A stretch of DNA of 62,207 nucleotides, the filler included, from Hausera hauseri (lineage: Eukaryota), in the NCBI GenBank assembly GCA_046269625.1. It is 8 parts of 8 records of this genome, joined end to end, with 100 filler letters (N's around TTAATTAATTAA, not from the genome) between each part and the next. Parts side by side here need not be neighbours in the genome. Positions count along the whole stretch, not along the records: positions 33,178 to 39,139 come from JBJURY010162087.1; positions 39,240 to 57,660 come from JBJURY010155532.1; 6 more parts are not named here. One strand, given 5' to 3'. This document shows positions 36,748 to 50,325 of this stretch, in pieces. The position numbers and the translations under genes are program-made. The notes under the pieces are model-generated. The model was not told where the DNA came from, made no database searches, and saw only the letters and a program-made list of their open reading frames with translations. How positions within the stretch are numbered: the first letter of the stretch is position 1; every line of letters begins with the position of its first letter.

Positions 36748-39138
36748 CTGGAATACTTGAACATCGAAGAGAGATGCTACGGGTCGATGATCGGATGTTC
36801 TTAGTTCGGCTCTGTTGTAAATCAGTTGTTTACAAAGGTTTTCCGGATTTGCCGATGGCATATTTACTTTCCAAAGGATTCTATCGGTCCAAGCTGGAAC
36901 TCGACATTTTTCACTGGTATCATAATCATCACAAAACAAATCGTATTTGTACGTAGGAGCAAAGAAAATTGACGCTTCATTAAAATCCTTAAAAACATTT
37001 CCTTGTTGTTTCTGAACTAGTAGTTGATCTGTTTCATGGAGTGCCGTCCAGTTTCTATCCGATATCAATGGTTTAACATCATTATTCGACATATCAATCC
37101 GATAATTGAAATCCCCACACCAAAATATGTAATCATGGCAATTAATGGATCGATCTTCCGTGAATCGCAACTGTTTACAGATATCGGAAAAATCCTCATT
37201 TCGTTCTTTAACATTCGACTGACCGGCAGCAAAATGCGAACAGACAAAACAGAAACTCGTATTGAAAAGCCGAAATCGAATTGCAACACCACCTTTATTT
37301 CCAACAGTTCCTTTAAAGCCGGTCTTCACGGACGAAACGGATACTTCGGTAATAAACGGTGCGAATTTCGCTCGAACGTAAACAAACAGGCAAACACCGA
37401 CAAGTTGAATACTGCTCACTAAAATGTACTCGGTTGTTTTCGAAATATTTGTCAACAAAAATTGTCCCCATTGATGTTGATTAAAGGATTTCGTTGAAAC
37501 GATATTGCTCGCAGTCAAGTCGACAATTTCTTCGAATCCGACCGCAAAGATATCCGTCGTTATGTCGAAATTCCCCGTCGGATCCGTCAATGTGTCGGGA
37601 TTGGTTTCAGAACTGATTGCCGGTAAATCTAATAGCCAGTCGGTGACTGATTGGTGTTTGTGAGCAATGCTGTGGAAATTCTTCCCTCCGTTGACGTTCC
37701 AAGTCCCGACAAAAACCCGTAGGTTATGAACGATTGTGTATTGTAGATAATCGTACATTGCCGATCGGAGGAAATTCTCGTCCATGTCGTAAATCATTTC
37801 CGGCATCAGTTGTTTGACACGGACAAGATCTTCTTTGACCAGCGCATTGGGCCGCAGTAAATTGTAAATGGTGACCTGTTTGATGGGATCGGAAAAATTC
37901 GCTTGATACGTTCGTTTGACGGCTTTTTGGGCGTCAATTAATTTCGAACTGGTACCCAAAGCACCGCTGCCGGCATAAACGTAACTAACATTGTCACCGT
38001 TGGATTTCCACATCGTTTTGAAATTCTCATAGACCGTTAATAATTTCGACTTTTGATTGGGTATCATTATGTAGAATAACTTCTCCAGGATCATCTCCAT
38101 CCCGACGAAAGTCTGCACGGAATTCGTCCGATCCAGACAGTCGACGCAATTAACCCGCAAAACGCCGAATTGCCGCTGAACAATTTCCCCATTGACGACC
38201 CACGTAAAATGGGATTCATCGAGAAATTCCTGCAGTTCCGTTCTCAGTTTTTCGATATTATTCGACGAACGACTGGGCATTTCTTTGTGGTAATCAAACG
38301 AATAGAATTTCACATTGGACCGTTGGGATGAACATTCGTGATTGGTCTTATACCGATGACTCAACATCCGTTCGCCTTCTTTGCTGCCGAGTAGATTGAC
38401 GATGTGTACGCGGTTGTATTCGTCGTGCAATTTGGCAAAATGTTCTTCGTAAGCCAACGCTGACAGTTCAGCGGTGCGAGAGAATTTAACTTTATGGGAA
38501 CCTATTTGAATGCCCGGCTGTTCCCAGAACAATGGGACCGATCCTCGAATTTGAATGAATGACGTAATGACACTATTGTCGTTTTGTATAAAGCACATTT
38601 CAGTTTCAACGAAATTCGCTACATTACCCAAATCATCAATTCCGCGGGCTTGAAATCTCGTGCCGACTCGACTGCAGCTGATTCGAGAAATCAGGCAAAT
38701 TTTAATGTGTCCACTTGACGAATAAACGGTGTTTGCGATGAAGCTTCCACAGAGTATAGTGTTGAACCAGTCGGGAGATATCTCATATTTCCGAAATTTC
38801 GAGAGCAAATACCTATTCCAAATAAATCTCCAATCAAATTCTCTTCCTGAATAAGAGTTCTGGATATTTGTGCTGATATCCACTGATTTCCCTTTCTGAC
38901 CTTTTGCAAAATAAAACGATCCAGATTCCAGTAACTTATGAACATTGACAGTATGAGCATCTTCATTCGTCTGTTGACCGCTCATGTTAAAAAAGAGAAC
39001 TTGAGTTATTTTGAATATATCCGTTTCATTTAATTTTGTAATCCATTCCACGTTCGTAACAATTACCAAATATCGAGTTCCATCACCGGATCGATAAATA
39101 CCGAGATTAGCGAAAAAATCATGAATTCTGCTGTAATT
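36748..39138 (-). CDS. SYNJ1: Synaptojanin (Sac1 plus inositol 5-phosphatase domains), one 2.4-kb exon, 5'-truncated by the contig edge
   Basis: Uninterrupted frame; RGSVPLFWEQ, RVNCVDCLDRTN (CX5RT), GTWNVNGG, GNKGG, WCGDFNYRI, PTYKYD, PAWTDRILW, SDHRPV; probable donor CAG|GTACAT at about 36747. Confidence 0.95.
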
Positions 39139-39139
39139 T

Positions 39140-39239
39140 NNNNNNNNNNNNNNNNNNNNNNNNNNNNNNNNNNNNNNNNNNNNTTAATTAATTAANNNNN
39201 NNNNNNNNNNNNNNNNNNNNNNNNNNNNNNNNNNNNNNN
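39140..39239. other. Artificial contig spacer
   Basis: Same linker. Confidence 0.97.
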
Positions 39240-39867
39240 TTTTATTGGGCATTTTTATTTCTTACATCGATTTTGGCGCCTCTTACCGTGGCCTCAACCT
39301 CGGGCCGGCTCTGGTAGACACTTTTATAAATGGTATGTTTCTGTATCAGCACCAGTCTGACTCAGTAATACGACTATTCTTTTTACCCTGTCCCCTTCTG
39401 CACGGATGGTGAGAGGACAAAAACATAGATAAGAGACATCGGTCTTACCTTTCCTCTCCCCTTTCCTTTGTTTTTACTTTTCAGTGTTAGATTAGCATTT
39501 CTTGTACACTGTGATATCTCTTGCCCCAATGTTTTTTCTTTAATTACACTGAACAACATGCTGTGGATATCTTAAATGTCATTAAGTGTTTCTTAAGCAG
39601 TTTTTTATGCTGATTTCAAATCTGAAAACCGTTTTGCTCTATCAGGTCAAATTGCTAAGATATATATATATTCCTATTTCACGAGTTGGTGGACATGCCT
39701 GAAAAGGCACGAGTCGGAGGACATTTTTTATACTGCAATATCAAAGTCATTTTTTAACACATTTTTAATTTAAAACATTAGTTAGTATACTTAGTGTCTC
39801 ATCTTTATGGTAGATTTCGTTGTTTGTAAAAATATTGATTAATAAAAAAGATAGGTTTTTAGTCCAT

Positions 39868-40020
39868 GTCGGAGGACACGGCAAAAAGCACGAGTCGGGG
39901 GACACGCTTATAAAATCACGAGTCGGGGGACACGCTAAAAAAAGCACGAGTCGGGGGACACGCTAAAAAAAGCACGAGTCGGAGGACACGCTAGAAAATG
40001 CACGAGTCGGAGGACACGTT
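39868..40020. repeat. Tandem repeat, about 28-29-bp unit (CACGAGTCGGRGGACACG plus A-tract), about 6 copies
   Basis: Directly visible; two more degenerate units at 39679-39724. Confidence 0.9.
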
Positions 40021-41121
40021 AATAAACGTCAGCTTTTTTTAAAAAAATGCAACGATTTTCTTATATTTTACACATAGATAAGTGTTAAATTTGAAAAAGG
40101 AAAAAAAATCCAATTTTAATTATATTATTTAGCATCATAAAAAGTAATAATCATTGGAATTTAAGTGGTTATCTGTACCATTGCAGTAACCATTTTTCGT
40201 TTATAACATATCCCCTTGCGTAATCAATATTTTTAAATGCACAATGTTTCCGTCATAGGATGTTAATTATTTAAAATTTATGAAATAATTAATTTCATTA
40301 TTGTATAACCATAAAAGCTTGTTTTCAAAAGATTCATTTAAAAAAAAACATATTTTCTTCTAAATATTTCCAAAGTCATAAGACATTAACGTTCTGTATA
40401 TCTGTGTTACTAAATAACGCCGTAATGTTAACGCACACCTGTTTCTGTGGCCACGACCGGTAAAAGGGTTAAATTGTCAATTTTGTGACTAGCTACTTTT
40501 ACTTCCTTATACAAGCGGGATTTCCATTTTGAGGTGGATACAACTGAAGGATTCAACTCTTAAACACTACCAACATATACTAATATTATAAGTATAACAG
40601 TATAAGTATGTTCTCTAGATTTGTTAATTTTAGTATAATTATGTTTAGCAGAAACAAAGATAAGGCAAGATATACCTAATGGGTATAATCAGTACAATTA
40701 CAAAAGGACTAACCGACTAGGCGTGTCCCACTGTTGCCATCAACTCACATTTAAATTCAAGATTTCATATTTTACATATTAAAAAAATACTAATAAATAA
40801 TGTTCTAATAACATAAAAATTATGCACAGCTAATTAAAGGCCTACGCTCGTACAACAGTTTTCTGCAAACTATGTGGATTTGTTAGACAACTTTTACAAT
40901 GGGGAAGAAGCCTAGTTCCCTTTGCACTCATATTAGACAAATGAAGTTATTTAGCTTTGCTCAATGATATACTTATTATTAATAACCTCGTAGTGAGCCC
41001 CCTAGAAAGTGCATGTGACACCTTTTGAAGTCGTTACCCTAATTTTGCCGACCGCTATCTTTATGACTCCCGTCATACACCATTACCTGACCTTTCTATA
41101 TTGTGTTTAACTAATTAAAAT

Positions 41122-41399
41122 GCGTCGGTGGCGGTGGTCTAAGCTGTAGTGAGCTTGGTCGCCAATCAAACGACCCGGGTTCGAATCCTGCTCAGGGTGA
41201 GAATTTTTCGGGTCCGAATCCACCGTCGAGCTGACCCAGCTGAAAATGGGTACCTAGTTAATGCTAGGGAAGTAAAGGCGGCTAGGCGTTAGACTGACCA
41301 TTTAACCCTCTTGTATGCCGGGGTCACAGAAACAGGTGTGCACTACCATACCTGCTCCCATGGTCCATCTGGACTTTACGGGACCTTTATTTTTTTTTT
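41122..41399 (+). mobile_element. tRNA-derived SINE with a Nin/Deu-like core
   Basis: A-box-like TGGCGGTGG, B-box GGTTCGAATCC (41178-41188), core CCCAGCTGAAAATGGGTACC...GGGAAGTAAAGGCGG, T-rich tail. Confidence 0.75.
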
Positions 41400-42663
41400 A
41401 ATTAGAATGCACAATATAACTGGTAAAAAAAAGAACATTGTAACAAAGTATCCCTACCGCCCAAAGGTAACGGTACTCAAATTATTCAACTGTTTCCGTC
41501 CACTTTGGCCTGATACTAACGGTCACACCCTACCCTACTGGTATGAACGCGCGCACGTAATGACCTTTTCAGGTCAACACATTACATTTGGCCAAATGTA
41601 GTCTAGTCCGCTGCAGGGTAAACAAAAGTAATAGGGGTCGAGAGTGTCGACAAACGTTCTCATAGATTTATTTTTTAAAATTTTGTGAACGGAGAGTAAC
41701 ACTGTAGTAATTGTCATTAGTCGGTGGTAGTGGACGTAGAGGTGAATGAGAGTCCTTTTCTTACTCCCATTCCAAATAGGTTTCCCGTTTCTCCTCCTTC
41801 CTTCATTATTGAATAGACCAAAAAAAAAAAAAGAATCAACATTGGTCAGTATGTCATGGGTCTATAATTTCTATATCCTTTAGACCAAGGGTCAACAATC
41901 TACGGCCCGCGGGGCACATGGCGTTTGTAAAGCTTTCTAATTTGTTAATTTTATTAGGCTTTTTGTTGGTGGTGGACTAAGGTTGTTGAATAATTATATC
42001 AAGCCGCATAGCTAGTAATAACACTCATATTAGGCCTAGAAGTAAACAATGTTTGTTTAATAAAAGTAGTTGTGGTACAGGTATTAGTGACATGAATATC
42101 CAGGTAATGGTGGAGGCTGTCTTAATAAAAGGAGAATCTGGAAAGCTTCCCACCCAAGGCAATCAGGTTTTTATTTAAGGTGGGTTGAAATAAATTCTTA
42201 GGGAGTCTATGCCTTACTCCCACTCTCACATAGGGAGTCACATAGGCTATGTGACTCTCCATCGTGTGAGTGCGGCTTTGCTAACCAGACCCTGGAGCAC
42301 ATAATCAAGGAGTGTGTCCTGCTCAAACCTCCAGGCGACCCCACGGATATCTCTGACCTTGACGTTAGAGAGTGGTTGTACACCATGGCCGATAGGGTGT
42401 GACGGTCGACGCCCCCAGCCCCGTACTCACACGAAAGAGACTCCCAGTCTAGTCTTGATTTCCGTCCACCACCACCATTGCTGACAACCCCATACACAAC
42501 ACGGAGTAATTAACCCCCCCCCCCTTTCCCCTCGCCTTCACCACCCAAAAACAATCTACATCACATGCTTAACTCCTTTTTTCAGCAGTACCCGGTAGAC
42601 AGTAGTTGTAAAGATATACGTAGTGCAAGTGGCTATTTTGATAGTAGTATATGTTGTTGTGTT

Positions 42664-43969
42664 CAGACCCGTTTTTAGCCCCCGCGAGCACCGAGGTAAA
42701 GGGCATGCGCGGGGCCCCTCACGGCAGTAGTTTTGTTTTTTAGTGTAGGTGGGGGATCTTAAATTAAATATATGTTTATTTGCAGACACATTATGTCTAT
42801 TAAATTGCATTCGTATTATACAATAAATGACATAAACCGACCAATCATGTATTTGTAACATTAGTAAATAAAAAGGATGAAGGAAGTAGTAGGGTAAAGC
42901 AGGGGAAGCTTTTTACAGAACCGTTAGATCTACGTTCTTTACTTTTTTCCTTTCAAATTTTGCGTTGGTTATTACGAATATGACAAACTCTGATTATTGC
43001 AACTGCAGGCATATCTGATAAACGTGTAACCGGGTCGAAACCGATAAATTAAGATCTAGAAAGAGACTAAGACTGAACCGGAACGAAAAAAAAATAACGG
43101 TTCGAATCTCTGCCCCTTTCTAAGACTATCAAAAGATGAAGGGATTTTTTAAAAATTATAAATATATGTGTCAGTAGGCCTATATTAGGATTAGAAAAGA
43201 GCGTCTTTTTAATAAATAAGAATACAAATTAATTTAGACGAAATAATAAAGTGTTTTGTTTTTTTTTAATTTTACCATTTCTTAAGCTATAGGCCTTCGG
43301 TACGCCCACTGCATTCTAAATTCTTTAAAATTCCATCAAAATACAACAAATGTAACATGCTCAGTTTTCTTAGTCAACCAATGCACGATATCTCACAAAA
43401 AGCTAGCTGTACGACAAAATTAAATAGTAAATATGGTCATCGGGTTTTTGTGAGCTAGGTCAGTGGTTCCCAACCTGGGGTTCGCGAACCCCCATGAATA
43501 CGCAGTGCTAAAGCCAGGGGGTACGCGACGAGGTACAAAGTTTTGAAGTATATACCACGTAAACCCCTTCTCGGTCGTTATAATGAAAAGATAGGGGTAC
43601 GCGACGATCTGATCCGCCATTTAGGGGTACGTGAGGTAGAAAAGGTTGGGAACCACTAAGCTAGGTACAGACACTAACATTGCGTGAAAAACCCATACTG
43701 AGCTCATATAGCTTTGCTATTTACGGATAGAGTAAAAACACCTTAGCAAACCTAACTAGTGATATTTGTCCTACTTTTTAAGTTACATGATATGTAGTCA
43801 CATAGGCGATGATACTGTTTTAAAACCGTGCTTTAAAGATAAAGCGTGCAAAAGTTTATTAAATTGGAATCTTGTTACCATAATAATTAAAAGCGCGTGC
43901 CCCTCACGACTACGAAAAGCACGGGGCCCAAGGCAAGTGCCTCGCCTGCCTGCCTCTAAAACGGCCCTG
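42664..43969. mobile_element. Non-autonomous hAT element
   Basis: TIRs CAGACCCGTTTT / AAAACGGCCCTG; 8-bp TSD GTTGTGTT on both sides. Confidence 0.75.
43461..43658. mobile_element. Nested hAT/Charlie-type MITE
   Basis: TIRs CAGTGGTTCCCAACCT / AGGTTGGGAACCACTA; 8-bp TSD AGCTAGGT. Confidence 0.85.
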
Positions 43970-44883
43970 GTTGTGTTTGAAGGGGTAACATTGTAGTAAA
44001 CGTTTTCTTATGTTTAATATTCACATTCCCTTGTGTCTACATTACAAATCTGTAAGACACATTATGCCCAATAAAACATGTTTTCAAGAAAGTCAGCATT
44101 CACAGTTTGGTTGCTATTGGCAGGGGGTAAGGGCAAAGCGTTAACGCATGTGGTCGCCACATCACCAGGGCTGCCAAATCACATGGGTTGCCTTAGCCAA
44201 GAGGCCACCAAATCATAAGAACCACTTGCAAGTAAAGCAACCTATCTGTTAATATGCACAGTGCAACCACGCACCTAGAACCGCCCCTACTGTTCATGTG
44301 ATAAAACTAGGATCCTACAACTTTGTAATATAATTTTAAAAAAGGGAGTAATATCACTGATAAGGTGTTATAGAGAACTGGGAGTTAAACAAAAAACAAC
44401 TACCTATGAACGATATGTAGATAAACAATGCTTTCTTCCTATTATATTATAGTTTGTTAAATGACAATGAGCTTGAAGTGTCACGGGTCAATAATTTCTG
44501 TAGGAACTCTAGGTTACTTCAAGTAAAGTTTTTTTCTGTAATTTCATTCCCTTTCTCCCCTTCCCTTCCCTTCCCACCCGCCTCCTATTTATTCTCTTCC
44601 ACCCTACCAAACATACACGCTCACGTCGCTTTACCCTGGAATGCAAAAAACTGTCTGGAGTAAAGTTTCTGATCCACGTAAACATAAAGCAAAACTCAGT
44701 ACTAGTTTGAGATCTGGTGTGAACTTTTGTTGTCTACCACTTCCTGATCAAGTAGCCATGTTTCAAAGACCCATCGCAGTTCCTACTCTTCACTTCAGAT
44801 ATTCACCGGAACCCCCATTAACTGTTACTGTGCTACTTAAGTAAGTGAAGATGTCCACGACTTGAACTTATTGTTCCTCCGGC

Positions 44884-45084
44884 CAGGGGCGGCGCGAGCT
44901 ATTCTGCCACCCTAGGCAAGAAAGCCCTTTGCCACCCCCTCCACGATATAATATGATTATATGCAGTGCTTATTATTATTATTTATTTTTTTTTTTGCAG
45001 TGCTTATTTTTTTCTTTTCACCGCCCCTATAAGCTGGCCGCCATAGCTGACTTCCTAGGCCGTCTATGTCTAGCGCCGTCTCTG
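44884..45084. mobile_element. MITE family CAGGGGCGGCGCGAGCTATTCTGCC (other copies about 46153-46319 and partial about 49219-49275)
   Basis: Three homologous copies with imperfect terminal inverted repeats. Confidence 0.65.
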
Positions 45085-48000
45085 CCACCAGGTGGTCATC
45101 AAGTAATTTGTCTACTTAAAATAACCATTTAATGATTGAAACACTGATACTAATGTCTGTTTGTGTAATCATGTCTGACGAAGAGAAGGTAGTAAAACTC
45201 ATTCAACCGTTTCTGACTACTTTGACCTGAAACAAAAGGTCAAGCCTTACCCTGGCTATATGAGTAAGCGCACAAAATGACTTCACCGGGTCAACATTCT
45301 GCATTCGTTATAATAAATATTAGGGCTGGTAGCGTTAAAAATTTTGTTTTTTGATTAATCAAAATATTTTTATCGATTAATCGATTAATTTCGAGTAAAT
45401 TTTGCAAATAGTACTAACCACTCTTTTGCTGACCTGTGCGTAATAAAACTGCATATTATCAGTTGGTAAATGGAGTGTAAACTTACAATAGTATACTGTA
45501 TACGCTAATGATTCCTCTAAGTTAACACAAATACATTGTAAATATACATTTGATATATATAGGCCTTTTCAATGGACATCTGAAGCATGAACGCTATGTC
45601 ACAGATAATTTAGTAATGGTAGTTTAAATAATCTATGAAGATTTGGGTAATACAGTACGATAGATGAGTGCCACGGTTCTGTGATTTTTATATAAGGTTT
45701 ATCAGGGGTAAGCAACATGTGGTCCTTGTCGCACAACCGGTACTAATGTGAGCTAGAGCCGAAAGCCTATTAGTCAATTTTATAAAATGTTCTTATGTTT
45801 CTAATATAAACGACAACAAGCGACAGACGTTTCAGGCTTCTGCACGAGGCTCATTTCATATTGAGGGTTGCATGTTCAGACCTAGTGTTATTATTCTAGT
45901 ATCGAGCTTTACCATACCTTTTAAAGCTATTGTTACTGTACCCTGTTTATGAATAATATTGGTGCAGAAAGATAATAGACGTAGCAAAATTAATAACTGA
46001 TTTGGTTTAAATTACGGTTTAAACTAACCTTTTCGTTCACGGTTACGTTCGAGAAATGATGGTTTTATGATTTAAGTTTTCGGTTTTCATTCCGGTTTGA
46101 ATGGGGTGGTAATTAAAAACGAGAACGTCAGTAGTTATTTATTTATTACTCACAGGAGCGGCGCGAGCTATTCTGCCGCCCTAGGCAAGACAGCCTTTTG
46201 CCGCTCCTTCCCAATATTATATGATTATATGCAGTGTTTTTTTCTGTTCTTTTCGCCGCCCCTAGAAGCTTGCCGCCTTAGGCGAACGCCTAGGCTGCCT
46301 ATGTCTGGCGCCGCCTCTGATTAGTCGTTTTTGTATTTTTAAGAAGTTAGAAAAGACAAATTTAGAATCAGAAACTCTAAGCTTATAAACAATTAATCCT
46401 GCTTAGGCAGCAAGTAGAATAATTATATGCAAAAACAAAAGGAACAGGGAGGAGGTGGATACGTTTTAGCTGGGGGGGGGGATAAATTAATTGGTGGACA
46501 AGAGAAGGGGATGCTGGGGTAGAGAAGGTAGACCCGGGCTGCCGTAAAAGATAGTATAATCTGATCAGTGTAAGATGTGTCATTCTAATACCAATGTGGT
46601 AGTTTGTCTGATCCTCGAATACATAAAACAAAACTCAGTACTAGTGTGAGATCTGGTCTTGTCTACCACTCCCTGGTCAGGTGGCCATGCTTAGTTTTCA
46701 CTTGGCTCTGGGTTACGAACTGACATGTACTGTTTTGCGAGAACCCCTCCCTCCCCCTGACGAAAGAAAAAACTACAGCACATACTCAGCTACTTTTGTT
46801 CGGCCACACAAAGAATATAAAGTCTGTCCTGGGGTCATCTAACACAACCCTACCAGATTAGCTACAGCCCCCCCTCCCCCGCCTCCCATTTCTTTGACCT
46901 TCTGAGATTTTATACAATTGAGCCAAAGAAGAGCACGTGGTTTTCTAGTTTGACAAGAATTAGTAAAAGTTTGAGAACATTAGAAGTCAGGCAATTTTGA
47001 AAAAAAAAAACTTTCTTAACCGTTTATGGCTATTGACACATCAAACAGAAAATTATTTAATTATAGATTTCTCTATAGTAATCTCAAACAAAAGTATCTA
47101 AAATGTATTAATTATGAGGAGTTCACATCGCTCAGTCACGACACACGAAAACGTACCCATTAAGACAAAACGAGCACACAGCAATGGCAGTCTGACCCTA
47201 CCCGGCGCCCACATCATTGTAATAAATCTGTACCATAAAATCTCTAATAAAAGGTGCTTTAGTGATTTAATTCTTACAAATTGTCCATAGCCAAGTCAGG
47301 TGCTTCGCAGTCATTTCAGCCCCCTTCTCCATCCTCTCCCCACACTCCAGTCGGACCATTATAGATATATTAGTAGACGTAGTTGTAGGTTAGCAGACTA
47401 AATGACATAAATGAATTTTGACTTGTAAATGTAGTCCTGTTGAGTTTGTGAAGACTTAAATATCTAATTGTAAAAAGACACTAAAGACAGATTTGAAAGC
47501 TGTGATAACAGTTTATTGTAGATTAGACATTTGACGGTCGCGGTTAAAGATCAAGAGAGTTTAGTATCAAAAGTAGGAAGCGATAAACCGAACAAAGCAC
47601 CTGATCCCCATTTAAAACCAAGGTTGTTCTGTTAATGCCTAACGGTTTGTGCCGTAATGGCATTTAAGTAATTAAGTTGCAGATCATTATCAGTTTACCA
47701 TTTAGCTAATTTATTTCGAATGCTAATTCTATTCCAATTACCAACCGCATTACACTTTTATGCTGTAAATATAACTAGGCCTTTTCGAAAATATTATTTT
47801 TAATAAAATCATCAGTAAGAACACAAGTTTGATTTCTAGTACTAGTTGTGACACAAAGCCTTTTTTAAATCAAATCTACTGACGATGGGTCACATCTTCA
47901 TTAGAACCTCCATTTACTGTTACTGTGCTACCTAAGTAAGTGAAGATGTCCACGTCCTTCGCCTTTTTTCTCCAGCTGGTCAGCAGTTACTTTGTCTACT

Positions 48001-48211
48001 TAAAATCACCCCTGAATGATTCCAGTACCAATACTTAAGTCTGTGTAAACATGTCTGTCGAAAGTGAAATTCATTCAACCGTTTCTGACTGCTTTGACCT
48101 GAAACAAAAGGTCACACCATACCCTGCATGTTGTTTAATCTTTCACAAGTTGGTCCACCAGCATTAAGAAAGTTGCCAATCCCTGTTGTAGATTTAGCGA
48201 AGTATTAATAA

Positions 48212-50325
48212 CTGCAACACATGAAATTTAATATCATGGCTGTATTTTAAGACAAGTTGTGATCATTCTAGTGCCGGGCCTTACGATACCCTTCTCAGAT
48301 TACAGTTACAGTTCCCGGGTTATTATTAATATTGGTGCAGAAACCTAATATCCGAAGCAAAACGAATAACTGATTTGGTTTAGGTTACGGTTTAAATGTA
48401 ACTTTATCGTTACTTATTCGCTCCAGAAATGCCGATTTTCTGGTTTTAAGTTTTCGGTTTCGTTCTAGTGGAAATCCAGGTTTGCGTGTTAATCGATCTC
48501 TAAATGGGGTGGTAATTAAAAACAAATCGGAAGTCATTTGTAAATTAATCTTTTTTATTTTTTTTTATGACGTTAGAGAAGAATGATTTAGAATGAGAAA
48601 CTGTAAGCTTTCAAACAAATCAATGTTACCAATTATTTAATCGTGCTTAGGCGGGAAGTAAAATAAATATATACATGTAAAAACGGTAAGAAGAAGGAGG
48701 TGCATACGTTTAGACTGGAGGGGATAGTTTAATGTGTGGACACGAGAAGGGGTGATGCTGGGGTAGAGAGGGTAGAGCCTGGCTGCTGTAAAACGCGTAA
48801 AAACTGATCCATGTAAAATGTGTCATTCTAATACCAATGTGGCAGTTTGTCTGATCCCCTCCCTCCCCCTGATTAAAGAAAACAAAAACTACAGCACAGA
48901 CTCAGCTCCTTTTGTTCGGCCACACAAATAATATAAAGTCTGTCCTGGGGTCATCTAACACCACCGCACAACATTATTTGCAGCCCCCCCCCCGCCCACC
49001 GCATCCCATTTCTTTTGACTAAGTAGCTTCTGAGATGTTTGACAAGAATGAGTAAAAACTTTGGGAACATTGGATATAAGTGGCCCGTTTTCCAAAGACA
49101 GTACTCGTTGTCGGACAGCTGTCCCCGCTCAGAAACTAGTACCTGTATTTGTCCCCGCTTTCGGATTTCGGCCCAACGTTTGATGAGTTTTTCAGTGTTA
49201 TTCCTATCTACCCTAGATCCAGAGCGGCGCGAGCTATTCTGCCGCCCTAGGCAAGAAAGCCCTTTCCCACCGCTCCCCCTGCAACACATGAAATTTAATA
49301 TCATGGCTGTATTTTGAGACAAGTTGTGATCATTCTAGTGCCGGGCCTTACGATACCCTTCTCATGTTACAGTTACAGTTCCCGGGTATTATTAATATTC
49401 GTGCAGAAACCTAATATCCGGAGCAAAACGAATAACTGATTTATCTTATCTTATCAATTACAGACGTTCCTTCAAAAAGAAGAATATTACGTCCTATGAC
49501 AACCATGTGTTAAGTTAGTCTCTAATATTAACCAAGTTTTTGAAGTAACTTTATCGTTACCTATTCACTCCAGAAATGCCGATTTTCTGGTTTTAAGTTT
49601 TCGGTTTTGTTCTAGTGGAAATCCAGGTTTGCGTGTTAATCGATCGCTAAATGGGGGGGGGGCGGGTATTAAAAACAAATCGGAAGTCATTTGTATATTA
49701 ATCTTTTTTAATTTTTTTTTTATGGCGTTAGAGGAGAATGATTTAGAATGAGAAACTTTAAGCTTTATAACAAATCAATGTTATCGATTATTTAATCGTG
49801 CTTAGGCAGCAAGTAAAATAAATATATACGTGTAAAAACGGTAAGAAGGAGGAGGTGGATAGTTTAATGTGTGGACACGAGAAGGGGTGATGCTGGGGTA
49901 GAGAGGGTAGAGCATGGCTGCTGTAAAACGCGTAAAAAACTGATCAGTGTAAGATGTGTCATTCTAATACCAATGTGGCAGTTTGTCTGATCCTCGTAAA
50001 CATGAAACAAAACTCAGTACTAGTGTGAGATCTGGTTTAAACGAACTGACATGTACTGTTTTGCGGGAACCCCTCCCTTCCCCTGATTAAAGAAAAAAAC
50101 TACAGCACAGACTCAGCTCCTTTTGTTCGGCCACACAAAGAATGTAAAGTATGTCCTGGGGTCAGCTAACACCACCGTACAACATTATTTGCTGCCTCCT
50201 ACCCCCCCACCGCATCCCATTTCTTTCGACTTAGTAGCTTCTGAGATTGTATACAATTGAGCCAAAAAAAGAGCACGTGGTTTTCATGTTTGACAAGAAT
50301 GAGTAAAAACTTTGGGAACATTGGA
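48212..50325. repeat. Local tandem segmental duplication (about 48212-49075 vs 49279-50325), with older copies at about 45900-47040
   Basis: Long near-identical blocks starting CTGCAACACATGAAATTTAATATCATGGC. Confidence 0.85.

Noticed and set aside
39868-40020. CRISPR-like array of repeated GAGTCGGRGGACACG units
   Set aside because: The intervening sequences are about 10-nt near-identical A-tracts, not unique spacers; the context is eukaryotic with no cas genes. It is a minisatellite or transposon subterminal repeat.
41122-41200. tRNA gene
   Set aside because: A and B boxes are present but there is no convincing cloverleaf, and it continues into a SINE core and tail.
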